From Octopus sinensis (taxonomy: Eukaryota): a stretch of 64,000 bases of DNA. This document shows, in pieces, positions 39,421-50,986 of the stretch; positions within the stretch are counted from its first letter, which is position 1, and every line of letters begins with the position of its first letter. The notes under the pieces are model-generated. The model was not told where the DNA came from and did no database searches. It saw only the letters and a program-made list of their open reading frames with translations. The stretch spans positions 31,806,001 through 31,870,000 of the forward strand of contig NC_043005.1 of assembly GCF_006345805.1 (NCBI RefSeq). The letters are read 5' to 3'. Both the position numbers and the translations under genes were made by a program.

Positions 39421-39734
39421 GCCTGCTGGCTTCGGCTACTCTGCATTGATAAAGGGAAAATACCCTGAAACATGTCAGCAGATGCCTGACCAGCAAGGGG
39501 AAGCGGCTGACCTCCCGTATTCGAAGGTTATAATGGACACAGGTTCGTGTGTCATATAGCGAGCTAGAGGCGATGGCCTCTTGGAGCTAATCAACGGCAG
39601 CTTTTGTCCTATACTTATGGACTGCCATATTAGCTTGGTCTAACTATTAATATCCAGTACCGCTGCCGTAGTCTCCTCTAGAGATACTTAGAAATAATGA
39701 TATTTCTATTGATGCATATATATATATATATGAT

Positions 39735-39900
39735 AGACCGTTAGCCACTACACACATTTTTTTCTCCTTGTTTTTTCTGTGTCCCTTTCTGTAGAAGAGT
39801 ATAGGCTCGAAACGTAAAAGCCTTTTTCTATTCCTGAACGTTATACTAATACGTCTGTTTGTTTTGTACACCACCTGTCTTCGTCTTTTTTCGTAAAGTA
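39735..39900 (+). mobile_element. Dispersed repeat with hammerhead-like motif (second PLE pseudo-LTR-like family)
   Basis: CTTT-CTGTAGA-A-GAGT(atag)GCTC-GAAAC-GT-A-AAAG at 39785-39820; related copy at 58980-59135. Confidence 0.55.
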
Positions 39901-40579
39901 AGAGTGTGCGTGTGTGTGTGAAAAAGACTTTTGCATTCGAAGTATGGTGTTGATATGGTTAATACCATCTATTGCAAATGTTTTAAATTCGTAATATTAA
40001 GAGCGCTAACTTGATTGCTTCAAAAGTTTAATATTTTAAGCTGTAAAATATTAAATTAGCACGAAGTCTTAAGGATGCTGTGAGCATCATCCTGTTTAGA
40101 AATGTGAGCTAAAATCTTAATTCAACCGCCAGAAACATTTTGCGAGGAAACGGACAAAGCATCAAAAAGCATACCTATGAAGATTATGCCGTACAGATGC
40201 TCATATACTATTGTTCGCCCGAGAGATTTAATCTTCCTCAGTATGCGTTACTGGGCAAAAAATTCCAAATCTGTCCCGTTATATATTCATTAGCGCTGTG
40301 GCTTGTATTGCTCCAAAATCTTGCAACGCATGGTGCAAAATATTTTTGAGCAAAAACATTCGAATGTTTACATTCGAAATAAAATGTTCCTATTTTTAAT
40401 ACCATCTATGGCAAATATGTTTACTTTTTAATAGTAAATGAGAATAGAAAATCGTTGATAAGCAGCGCCAAAATTAAACGGTTAGAGTGTATATTATCAA
40501 TACATCACGTGATTTCGAAATTTAACCAATAAGGTCTTGTTTCTCTTCAGAAACATCTACCAACTACTCAGGGAGGGAT

Positions 40580-40622
<43 letters not shown>

Positions 40623-42085
40623 TCGTGTTTATCAGTATCTACATGGGTTTTCTGAAATCTGTCCCAGGTCTTACACAAGCAAAGGAAGAAACTGTGGTAA
40701 ACACTCTGCAATCAAAGTTAAATTTTCTTAAAAGTTACGGATATGTTGAGAATGTATGGAGCCTACTTTTATAGCAACAAGTGTTTCCTGATACCATTCT
40801 TTCTTCCCCCTCCATTTCATTTCTGCAATGCTAAAATGAGTCTAAAAATATTTTATCTACAAGATTATTTCTCTTTTATTATCAGAAAATGCGGAAACTG
40901 TTTTGCAAATTTATAAGTTAGCTTTCTAAACACGAATATAGTTCATGTCGGATTCGAGTGAAAGGAACAGTTCAACCACAAGGTTAAGACATTTCATGCT
41001 TTGAATATTGTTACATATACTGAATGAGACCAACTGTGGCGTAACTTAAATTTCCTTTACACAATCATTAGTCCACCATACTATACAGCATCCATGGAAG
41101 TGATTTCAAAACATTTAAAATAAAATGCAGTGAATTTTATGTCTGTTCTCAGAGAAATGACCGCCACGGGAGAGAAATTAATTCTTGAAATTCAATATGA
41201 CAATTAGCAGTTTCTTCACTTAAAAGCAAGTTTTCTAATTTAGTTTTCATATTTAGATAAATTCAAATTTAACAAGTTTTTCGTCTCTAGTTTTCTTTAA
41301 AATGTACGAAATAAAATTAACTGGCGATAAATTAATTTAAATGATCAATTTTAAATAGTGAGTAATCAGCTTTTGCTATTCTTTAACAAAGATCTCAAGT
41401 ATCCATTAGCTCACTTAATTATTTTTAATGTTGAACAATATGTTCATTCCTATAAGGCAGTCTCGTACACCAAAATTAATTCAACAGTTTGCTATGCATT
41501 TCAGAAAAATCAATTTCTAGAAACAAATAATATTTCTTCCTGTGCGTGAGAAGTTAACACCATGGTAGACTGGAAGATAGACTCAATATCAACAAATTAT
41601 GTCTGCAACAATTGTTTAACAGACATAAAAGTCCTGATTTAGCAGACATAAAGGCGTTCTAATTGTGACTAACCATCCTGTGTCTTTTTATATATCAGGG
41701 ACTATATAATCCAAGGTTTCTTATTTAAGATGGATTGGTATGATTTGCGGGCGATTAGGATGTCGTTTCTGGCAGGTCAAATGACCATGTACATGATCCT
41801 GCGTTTGAATAATCCTTGTGAAAAGGTTCCACATTCAATCAATTCAAATGACATATAATCTAACGACAACACCTTACTATTACAGCACGAAATTATTCGC
41901 TAAATAAGCTGCTGATCTACCTTTGGTTAATTCTAACTAAAAAACAAAACCGGAATGAACTTTGAGACCGAAGACACCACGCGATTTATGCAACTAAACT
42001 TGAAAACAGTTCTATATTTAAGAGATGAGGAATTATGCACATTATTTACATTTGACGGATATTTGTCCTCATCTTGTTTGTTGTT

Positions 42086-42130
42086 AATACAACGTTTCGG
42101 CTGATATACCCCCAGCGTTCATCAGGTGTC
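42086..42130 (-). ncRNA. Minimal type I hammerhead ribozyme motif (PLE type)
   Basis: Minus strand GACAC-CTGATGA-A-CGCTG(ggggtatat)CAGCC-GAAAC-GT-T-GTATT: intact core, one mismatch each in stems I and II. Confidence 0.65.
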
Positions 42131-42749
42131 TTGGGGAAATTCTCATTCTTAAGGCATTTTTCGATATTATTATTATTCAGGTCACTGCTTGGAATCGAAC
42201 TCGGAATCTTGGGATTAGTAGCCCACGCTCTTAACCACTACACCATATGCCCGTGGAGTGAATATGGAGTGAATTTTAGGGCTTATAAATCTAATATTTT
42301 CCTATCCTTCCTTAATACCGGTTCCCATATGCTATGCATATCTGCACTGTCTGCTTAGGAGGTTGTTGTGTCCTAGCATATGTGCTGCTTCTTTTAGTTT
42401 TCGTGTTTTCCACTGGTGTTCTCTGTCTATTAATTTAACTTCATCCCACAGGGGAAGGTGGTCTCCACTTTTCCATACATGATCAGCTATACCTTATTTT
42501 ATCAATATCTCCTTGTGTCATGTATGGAAAAATGGAGACCACCTCCCCTTGTGGAACGAAGTTCAAATAATAGACAGCGAACACCACTGGAAAATACGAA
42601 AACTAAAAGAAGCAGCACCTTTGCTAGGACACAACATCCGCCTAAGCAGACCGAGTACAGATATGAATAACATATGGGAACCGGCATTAAGGAAAGATAG
42701 GAAAATATTAGATTTATAAGCCCTAAAATTCACTCCATATTCTCTCCAC

Positions 42750-42823
42750 GGGCATATGGTGTAGTGGTTAAGAGCGTGGGCTACTAATCCCAAGATTCCG
42801 AGTTCGATTCCAAGCAGTGACCT
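42750..42823 (+). promoter_or_regulatory. tRNA-like Pol III promoter within the PLE 3' region
   Basis: TGGTGTAGTGG A box, GGG-CTACTAA-TCC arm, GTTCGATTCC B box at 42802-42811. It starts 30 bp after the GIY-YIG stop (42719). A mirror copy lies at about 42179-42253 on the minus strand. Confidence 0.8.
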
Positions 42824-43254
42824 GAATAATAATAATAATATCGAAAAATGCCTTAAGAATGAGAACCCAGGTTCGAAATTTCCCCAAGAAGGTATATCAG
42901 CCGAAACGTCGTATTAAGATGAGGACAAATATCCATCAAATGTAAATAATGTAAACTTGAAAACCTTTCTTACATATTCATTGATTGGGATTTCATTGGG
43001 ATTAAAATTCAAATGAATTTCAAAGTAGGATTTTCATAAAATCTTGGCTTTGGAAATGGCTCAAAGTCACCAATATATGAACCAATTAAAACAGATCTAA
43101 AGAGTTAGCCCGTTTTGTGTGGGAGTCAGAAGCAAAATAAGAGTTAAACATATTACTAAGAATCTGGAATAACGTTTTCAGAATTGGCATTATGTTCAAG
43201 ATTCTTAGAAGGGCTAATCGACTATAATACTCCACTTGTGCTTTAATAACCTCG

Positions 43255-43350
43255 AAAGCGTAAAAGCAAAGTTAATTTTGGAGGAATTGAACTCAGCATG
43301 TAAATAACCAGAACAAATACTTCAATGTATTATCCGACGTTCTAAAGATT
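43255..43350 (-). mobile_element. Degenerate SINE family B fragment
   Basis: GCAAAGTTAATTTTGGAGGAATTGAACTCAG resembles the antisense family B body at 48340-48370. Confidence 0.4.
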
Positions 43351-43753
43351 CAAGTAATCAACCTAAACTGATATCAATTCAAAGAAAGATTGTATATTAG
43401 CTAAATCATGGTTTTTCCAGCCAAAACCGATTGCCTTTTATGATTGTATACAGTCGTTTGGGGCCACCAACGCTCCAATGATTCCCTTTGGAGGAATAAA
43501 ATTAAGAGCAACCTTAATGGTATTTGACCTCAGAATATGAAGAGATGAAACTAACAGGTAACCAACTGTCTTTATCAATTTCATTGCTGTTCTATAATGA
43601 ATAAAATGGATCATGTTCATTTAAAATACAATTTCTATAGAAAAAAAATCTAAATGACAACTACCAGTTTTGCACCCATTTTCATATTTCATAAAAATGC
43701 TTTCACAAGTAAATATTCTTTTACAGTTTCTAAAATCGCTTCAGGTTCAAACA

Positions 43754-45652
43754 TCAATTTGAAACCGAAATAAGCCGTTTTTCTTTGAATAAATCTGATT
43801 GTTCCAGCTCCATTATACCATTCCATTTATCAATATGCAGATTTATAAATGGATAATATTTCGTAGAAATTGGCTGTTTTTCGTTATTTGCATGAAACCC
43901 TCCTTTCAAAACAGAATTTCGGCTAAACACATCGATTGTCACTTCGTGTATATTAGACAATGGACTGGGTGACAACTCAACCCATTTGTTCCCATTTAAT
44001 ATATCATAGACAAAAACTCTTGTGATAAATGGTGCTACATGCTCTAACAAAAACAGTTTCGAAGAATAAGAACAATAGTGAATAGAGTCAAAATGTGCCG
44101 CAAAATAAAGAATATTTTTTGAAAGTGTCACGTTGTCAGGGCGGAGTGGGCGGTAAGTGGCGATGGGTATATTGGCAGTTATGGTATTGTTTCGATCGAG
44201 TATTGATGTAGCTGTAAGTGAGCCAGACTTACACTGATCTATAAAGGGTTTACTCAGATTTTCTTTAATGATATGTATGTCTTTGTTGCGGAAAAGAATC
44301 ATGCAGTTTACTGACGCAGCCCAAGATTTCGATTCAAAAATAATTCTGAATCGCTTATTTAAGCTGTCATATCGTAGAATAACGAATTTATCGGCATTGA
44401 GAAGATCGTTATCACATTCGCAGAAGGTTAGAAAAATATAAATTGTATCAAAGATTTCTGGGTCCGCCTCTATTTTCATTTTGCAGTCACCTTTCCAATC
44501 ACGAAACACAATGCTAGCCGAGATTTTCCAAACTTTTTCGTAGATTTTAATCTGTAATCTGATCCCTTTACCGAATGCTGTGCAACATGCAATATGTATG
44601 CCAGTATTCAAACAAAAATACTGGCTAACTAGTAATCTCTCTACCGTGTGGGGAGTTGATATGAAACAAGCACACCAGGATATCATATTCAACATTTTTA
44701 TTTTATGTTCACATTCGTCTAAAATCACTATATCGCTCCCAAGAATACCAATTACTTTGCTGGTCAAAGTCGCAAGTATTTTCATCCATCTATTTTCTGC
44801 TGAGAAATAAATAGCTAAATACTCTCTCTCTTTCAACACCACAACCCAACTGGCATCAACAAATGGAGTCATTTTTTCGCTTATTTCTTTATTATAATAT
44901 AATCGCTTCAAAAAAGATTTTTTTTCAGATTCACCTTCGTTCGTTTGGTTCATTTCTTTAATCACATGCTCTAGGTACATTTTGGGGATAAACTTCGAGA
45001 AATATTTATGAGCATTTGCAAGTCTTTTTGAAAAATCTTCCTCTACCCAAGAAATAAGGAACCTGTAAGCATTTGTCACTTTCCTTGGAAACGGAGCATG
45101 GTCCAACAAGTATGACAATTCTTTATCTGCGGTAAATTTAAGCATAGTCATCATCCTTTCCTCCCAAAATAATTCCTGCATTAAAATCAAAGCCATTTTT
45201 TCAATTTCCCAAAAATGAAACTTTCTCGCAATTCTCCAAATTTTTAAGCAACTGGTAGGTCTAATTCTAGTCAAAAGGAATTGTTTCGTGTGAAGCAGCA
45301 ATCGTTTAAATGAGCAATAATGACAAATTTTCAAAATCCCTTTGATGTTGTAGTTACCTAGACAGATTTGTCGCTTATAAAGGTAGTTGATTATGCTTTC
45401 TAAGTAAGAGAAATTACTACAAACATGTGAGAGGTCTATATAAATATGATGACCGGAAGCCACTTTCAGCTTTTCCTTGAAGTAATCACTCTCTGCTGCC
45501 AGAAGAAAGCTATGAACAGATATTTTTCGGGAGTTTATTTGCAAAGTTACGTCGACGTACTCCGAGTTCAGATATTGAAGGTGCAGTTTTTGAATGATGC
45601 AATTTTTAGAGATGTCACTAAACTCCAACAACTGTTGATTGTAGACCGCCAT
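43754..45652 (-). CDS. BTB/POZ-BACK domain protein with divergent Kelch-like beta-propeller C-terminus (632 aa, single coding exon)
   Basis: Only long uninterrupted ORF in the window. YVDVTLQINSRKISVHSFLLAAESDYFKE...LESIINYLY (BTB) and SCLKIWRIARKF...FLISWVEED (BACK). The C-terminus has repeated Y-x5-6-W/F segments such as VYDILNGNKW. Confidence 0.9.
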   Translation of the reverse strand: MAVYNQQLLEFSDISKNCIIQKLHLQYLNSEYVDVTLQINSRKISVHSFLLAAESDYFKEKLKVASGHHIYIDLSHVCSNFSYLESIINYLYKRQICLGNYNIKGILKICHYCSFKRLLLHTKQFLLTRIRPTSCLKIWRIARKFHFWEIEKMALILMQELFWEERMMTMLKFTADKELSYLLDHAPFPRKVTNAYRFLISWVEEDFSKRLANAHKYFSKFIPKMYLEHVIKEMNQTNEGESEKKSFLKRLYYNKEISEKMTPFVDASWVVVLKEREYLAIYFSAENRWMKILATLTSKVIGILGSDIVILDECEHKIKMLNMISWCACFISTPHTVERLLVSQYFCLNTGIHIACCTAFGKGIRLQIKIYEKVWKISASIVFRDWKGDCKMKIEADPEIFDTIYIFLTFCECDNDLLNADKFVILRYDSLNKRFRIIFESKSWAASVNCMILFRNKDIHIIKENLSKPFIDQCKSGSLTATSILDRNNTITANIPIATYRPLRPDNVTLSKNILYFAAHFDSIHYCSYSSKLFLLEHVAPFITRVFVYDILNGNKWVELSPSPLSNIHEVTIDVFSRNSVLKGGFHANNEKQPISTKYYPFINLHIDKWNGIMELEQSDLFKEKRLISVSN

Positions 45653-45668
45653 TATTTAATTGATGTAC

Positions 45669-45700
45669 CTGAAAATAGTTAAAAGAGTCAATTAGAAAGA
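45669..45700 (-). promoter_or_regulatory. Putative 3' splice acceptor of a 5' UTR intron of the BTB gene
   Basis: Minus strand CTAAT (branch-like)...CTCTTTTAACTATTTTCAG|GTACATCAATTAAATAATG; the AG lies 16 nt before the ATG. Confidence 0.55.
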
Positions 45701-47214
45701 TTTTCAATTATTTTTTTTTTTAGAGATTATATCAGGTAGAGTCTATGATCAAAAATATACCTTTATGTTCAAAAGTTATTTGTATTAAGTTTGTTTTTCC
45801 GATCTCGGAGACTAGAAGATTGGAGTGAAATGTTGAGACATTGCACGCAATCAGAGATCGTGAATGGGAGAATAAAACTTTTAAACGTAGAAGCTGTTAG
45901 ATTTTTCATAAATTAAAAATTGAAACAAATAGAATACAACTTTAGTAGGGAAATAGTTAAAATATATTTTCAATAGCACATTCACTAAATGTACATTATA
46001 TTATCGATCTCTCAATGATAATCTTGAAACGATTGTTATTTATTTCGTATTCGATGAAAACATCAAAATACGAACTTTAGAAAGCCTTCACAAGTTTCTC
46101 CGGAAAAATAAAACACTTGTTGAGAAGACAATGCTACTTACGATGAAAAATAATCAAAAGGTTAAATCTTATTTACTGAAGAACAAAGTGCAACGTTAGA
46201 TAGCAAAGCTGTGATTTTTCAGCAGAAAAAAACCTCGTATCTACAATGGTAATTTCTTTAGAAACTTTTTATTTTTTAGGTACATGGAAATTTAAAATAA
46301 ATGTTACTTACTGACTAATAATGGAATTCGTTTTAATTCACCACGTAATGGGAGAAGTAAAAAAGAAAGTATTTTCGACACAATCGTAATGCAAATAAAC
46401 TCAACATAGAAATATATGACAATTTACTCAACAAGATTCAACGACTATCATGAAATGTTTGACAACCGGGATTAATCTCTTTCTTTCAAAAGTTAATGAT
46501 TTTGAAATGTTTTTATTTAGTCATGTTAGCTGACAAGTCGGTAAACAAATGAAGAAAATAAGGAGCTGATCAAGTTTTCTACAGATTGTTTAGTTAATTA
46601 TGCCAAAAACATTTTATTGACATTAAGAGCTTTAAGGAAAACTCAACAGAAAGAAATAAAAGAAAACTACTAAGCTAGTTGTTTAGAAGCAGAGGACATC
46701 CAATTAACATAGTATTGAATATGTCCGATAACATATATATAGCCGTGCCGACTAGTGAAAAATTTATTACATTATAACAGTGATATTTAATTGATTCACT
46801 AAATACAAATGAGCAGAATCGTTATTATCAAACTAAATAATATAAAAATATGTCACTTCCACTCTTTAAAAACTTAAATTTATAATAAATTTTATGAAAA
46901 AATAAGATAAATTTGAAACGTAGAGTCAATTTAAATGTCAAAACTAGAAAAGATAATTGGAAATAAAAATTTACCTCGATATTAACCGTAACTCAATAAG
47001 TAACACCTCTCAAAATATGAAAATAGGGTAAGGAGGCATTTAAACTTGTTTTTATCAAATTAAAAAATGGACGAGTTCAAAGGTTCCTGATGAACTCTTC
47101 TAGAAGGAAAAAAATTAATTCTAGATAACTCCTCGTGGTTGTTGTTTCAAATCATAGTATGAATAAATGTCAAAGAAGTTTATGATGCGGGTTCGAATTC
47201 TTTCTTGAGAATTA

Positions 47215-47500
47215 TAAAACTAGCATTCCGTCGGTCACGACGATGATGTTCCAGTTGATCCGATCAACGGAGCAGCTTACACGTGAAATTAACTGAACAC
47301 TCAACAGACACGCGTACCGTAATGTAGTTCCCAGAGAAGGGACAAGGCTGATCCTTTGAACCACAGGTTCAACTCACTTTTGCCAGCTGAGAGGACTGAA
47401 GCAACGTGAACTAAAATGTCTTGCTCAAGGACATAACGTGCCACCGGGAATCAAACTCACGGCCGTAAGATCGTGAACAAAATACCTTAACCACTAAGCA
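47215..47500 (-). mobile_element. SINE family D (tRNA head with central conserved-domain-like body)
   Basis: Minus strand GCTTAGTGGTTAAGG...GAGTTTGATTCCCGG head, then CCTTGAGCAAGACATTT...CAGTCCTCTCAGCTGGCAAAA. Confidence 0.6.
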
Positions 47501-47611
47501 AAGCGCCATCACCTTGAGAAATACTAAGTCATCAACACTATCCTAACCCTATCAAGAAACTTTCTCTCACACATTCTTTCTCCTATTTTCTTTTCTCTCT
47601 CTCTCTCTCTT

Positions 47612-47653
<42 letters not shown>

Positions 47654-47691
47654 ACTTTATTTCTGTCTCACTTTTTCTCTCTCATCCACTT

Positions 47692-47757
<66 letters not shown>

Positions 47758-48234
47758 TTCCTCTCTCCCACTTTCCTGGTTTTCTCCCCTGCACACACAC
47801 TTTCTAACCCACTTTCTCTCTCCCTCTCCCTTTTCCTCTCTCTCTCTTTCTCTCTCACTGTATTATGTCTCACTCTCTACCACTTTTCCCTCTCTCTGTA
47901 GTTCTCTTTCACTCTCATTTTCTTTCTCAAAGAAACATTGTCAGGCCACATAGAATAGAAAATCTCAAAGTTAGATAAAAGTCTCCGTCATTATAATGTC
48001 TTATTCTTGTAACATTCAGAAAGATCTGCCATGCATTTCTGGCAGATGAATGAATTGAACCAGTAACGGTTTTTACTCAGAAACAATAAAATCACAGGAG
48101 TTGTATGGAACTGATTACTTATGATCAGGCTGTCTTACATCCTAATTCATTTTGCTTCTGTCTATGCCATGATACCGGCAGTACAGGTCTTATACAACAA
48201 TAAATCACCTCTGTAGTATCCATATCAATAAATA

Positions 48235-48440
48235 CGAGTTTCAAATTTTGGCACAAGGCCAGTAATTTCAGGAGTGGAGTTAAGTCGATGACATCGACCC
48301 TAGTACTCAACTAATACTTATACGAAAGGGATGGAAGGCAAAGTGGACCTCGGCATAATTTGAACTCAAATCGTAAACACGGACGAAATATTGCTTAGCA
48401 TTTTATCCAGCGTGCAAACGAATCTGTCAGTTCGCCACCT
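48235..48440 (-). mobile_element. SINE family B, diverged
   Basis: Reverse complement similarity to 8858-9042. Confidence 0.6.
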
Positions 48441-48626
48441 TCCTATAGCAAGTAATATTATGCTTTTTCATTTAATTTTATTTTCAACTCTTCAAGCCTC
48501 AAATTTCTGTAAAATCAAATAATAAAAGACCATACATTCACAGTGCTTTCTTAAATATACTTCAAGCCTAGCGTATTTAGTGAAGGGGAAATTGGTATGT
48601 TGCGATAAATTAGGGTCTCCAGTCAG

Positions 48627-49226
48627 GCAATTGTGCTACAACTGAAGGATTGCAATGAAACAATTGTCTTGCAGCTGAAGAATTGCAAAAAGCAATTTTA
48701 CTGAAACTGAAGGATTGCAATAAAGCAATTATGTTGCAACTGAAGAATTATAATACAGATACTGTATCACAACTGAAAGATTGCATTAAAGCAATTGTCA
48801 TACAACTGAAGGATCATAATAAAGAAATTGCGTTATAACTGAATGATTGCAATAAAGCAATGTACTGAAACTGAAGGATTGCAATAAGGCATTTGTGCTG
48901 CGACTGAATGATTATAATTAAAAAAATTGCAATAAAGCAATTGTGTCACAACTGAAGGATTTCAAAAGAAGCAACTGTGCTGCAAGTGAAGATTCATAAC
49001 AAAGAAATTGTGTTACAACCGAAGGATTACAATAAAGCATTTGTGCTGCAACTGAAGAATTATAATCAATTGCAACAAAGCAATTGTGTCACAAGTGAAA
49101 AATTGCAATAAAGAAATTGTCATACAACTGAAGGATTAGAACAAAGAAGAAATTGTGTTGCAACTGAAGGATTGCAGTAAACTAATTGTGCTGCAACTGA
49201 AGGATTGCAATGAAACAATTGTGCTG
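48627..49226. repeat. 33-bp minisatellite, about 18 diverged units
   Basis: Consensus approximately GCAATTGTGCTGCAACTGAAGGATTGCAATAAA, with indels and partial units. Confidence 0.9.
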
Positions 49227-50023
49227 ATACCGGAGGGTTATGTATTCTGTTCACTGGACATTTATAAGAACTTCTTAATTACTTTAGCCTCCTTCGAAAA
49301 ATCAAAGACACAATTACCACACCAAGTAAATAGTTTGTACTGCACCACACTGATATAGAAGCACATCCTGGTATAAAAATACACCCTGATTTATTCATTG
49401 TTTCAATAGAAGGCTTTACTTAAGCTGTTTAATTCAATTCTTGTCTGTCGTTCGTCGATAAGTCAGAGAATTTCTGAAACCTTATTTTTAAACTGTTTTC
49501 TGTCGAATATATTCACAAGCCACGTATGTAGGATTGGTCATGTATGTGAGCATTGAGTGGAGATGATTGATGTCAATGATCAGCAACCCTTCCATGGCAG
49601 ATTTTGGTTTTGAAGGTCTTTTTCAAACCCCATTGACATTACTGATGTTAATATTTTAATTAAGATCAAGCAATGAAATATGTCTATTGTCAAAACTGTT
49701 TCAGTATTTTGAATTTGGGTCAATTTCAAACCCACAATTCTTTAATTGCTTTGTATTCCAGATAGAAGGAATTGTTAACTTCTTGATAGTACTCGAATAA
49801 GTTTAGATTTAATTGGAAAGTCTAAGAGAAATCATTAGAAAACTTATTCTATTTTTGTTGTCTCACAGATTTAATAGTGATATAGATGTTTGTTTTGTCA
49901 ATGTCAGCAATGATCGTCGAAGTAAAAATTCCACCGAGAAGCTATTTCACATAGTCTAGTCTGGATAAACCGAATTGAAAAGTAAAACGTATTTCTTGTA
50001 AATATATAATAGAAAACTTAGGC

Positions 50024-50680
50024 TTGGTATTCAGTGGGCTTATAACTCGAAGACCTAGCTTACTAGGAATTTGTTTACGCCATAGGGAACGTGGTTACCT
50101 CAAAGAGAACGGTTTTCCACTGAACAATCTTCTTGTTATGGGCAATATTCTTGCACATTCTTCTAACTTTATACACCGAATGTCAGAGGTGTTTAATTGT
50201 AACAAAATCCATTTTATGTCTTCCAATACCATTCCTCTTCTGCAGCCCGTGTAACAGTAAAAAGTATCAATTTTAGGCCTGCTTTGAAACGACTACGTTT
50301 AGTGATAAGACAGTAAAATGATAGGAAAGATTATATCATTGCAGGTGTGAATTTAATTAAGAAGAGGGCTTCTAAATGTTTTAATTCTGATTGGTGAATA
50401 TTGTAGCATGATACTCTTCAAGGGACTCTGGAGTTTTTGAAACAGTCTTAATTTTATGAAATTGCATATGGACAACTCCAAGAGAGCATGACTAACTTGG
50501 GTGAAAACCATAGAAGAGAATTGTCAATCGACGATCTGAAGGAACTCCATGAGGAATGTGCTGAATCCTTACAACAACGACTGAACTTCGAACAATGCGG
50601 CAATATTAGTAGAACTATACGAACAATATCAGTAGAACTAAAGAAGGGCTTTTTCCTTAGCTGGAACTTACAGATATTTT
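50024..50680 (+). mobile_element. pogo/Tigger-type transposase remnant
   Basis: YLKENGFPLNNLLVMGNILAHS...KIHFMSSNTIPLLQPV is a decayed DDE_1 LL.DN...H / FLP.NTT..LQP motif; ENHRRELSIDDLKELHEE fits the C-terminal region. Confidence 0.7.
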
Positions 50681-50831
50681 GAGCTCGTTGCAGCAGTTCT
50701 TAGAAGATCACTCTAATTATTTTTCTGATAAAGTGTGGCAAAACTTTGGGACTCTCTAGAAAAATAGGCTACAGCAATTCCACCTTACATATTTTCATTA
50801 AAATGGTAACCTAAGAATCTTCTACGTACTT

Positions 50832-50975
<144 letters not shown>

Positions 50976-50986
50976 GCATACATATA

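Larger units (their letters stand above)
42008..42951. mobile_element. Palindromic Penelope-like insertion: two divergent 3' ends (GIY-YIG tail, tRNA-like head, (AAT)n, hammerhead region) with 13-bp TSD
   Basis: Arms 42039-42482 and 42518-42952 around a 35-bp spacer. TAAACTTGAAAAC at 41995-42007 and 42952-42964. Peptide HVWKNGDHLPLWNEVQIIDSEHHWKIRKLKEA...IWEP resembles the GIY-YIG C-terminus. Confidence 0.9.

Noticed and set aside
41991-41998. Shared CAACTAAA at both PLE insertion sites (also 61988-61995) as a target motif
   Set aside because: Different offsets from the junction and only two sites in AT-rich DNA; could be chance.
42750-42823. Functional tRNA gene (CTACTAA loop, also at 26301, 42179, 63200)
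   Set aside because: The acceptor stem pairs poorly, there is no T-run terminator, and it is always embedded in the repeat module. Treated as a promoter-like head.
46130-46980. Upstream 5' UTR exon donors for the BTB gene (GTAAGT/GTAAAT on the minus strand near 46140, 46311, 46975)
   Set aside because: Several equally plausible sites; they cannot be chosen between without transcripts.
48627-49226. CRISPR-like array
   Set aside because: Units are contiguous and diverged with no unique spacers, there are no cas genes, and the context is eukaryotic.
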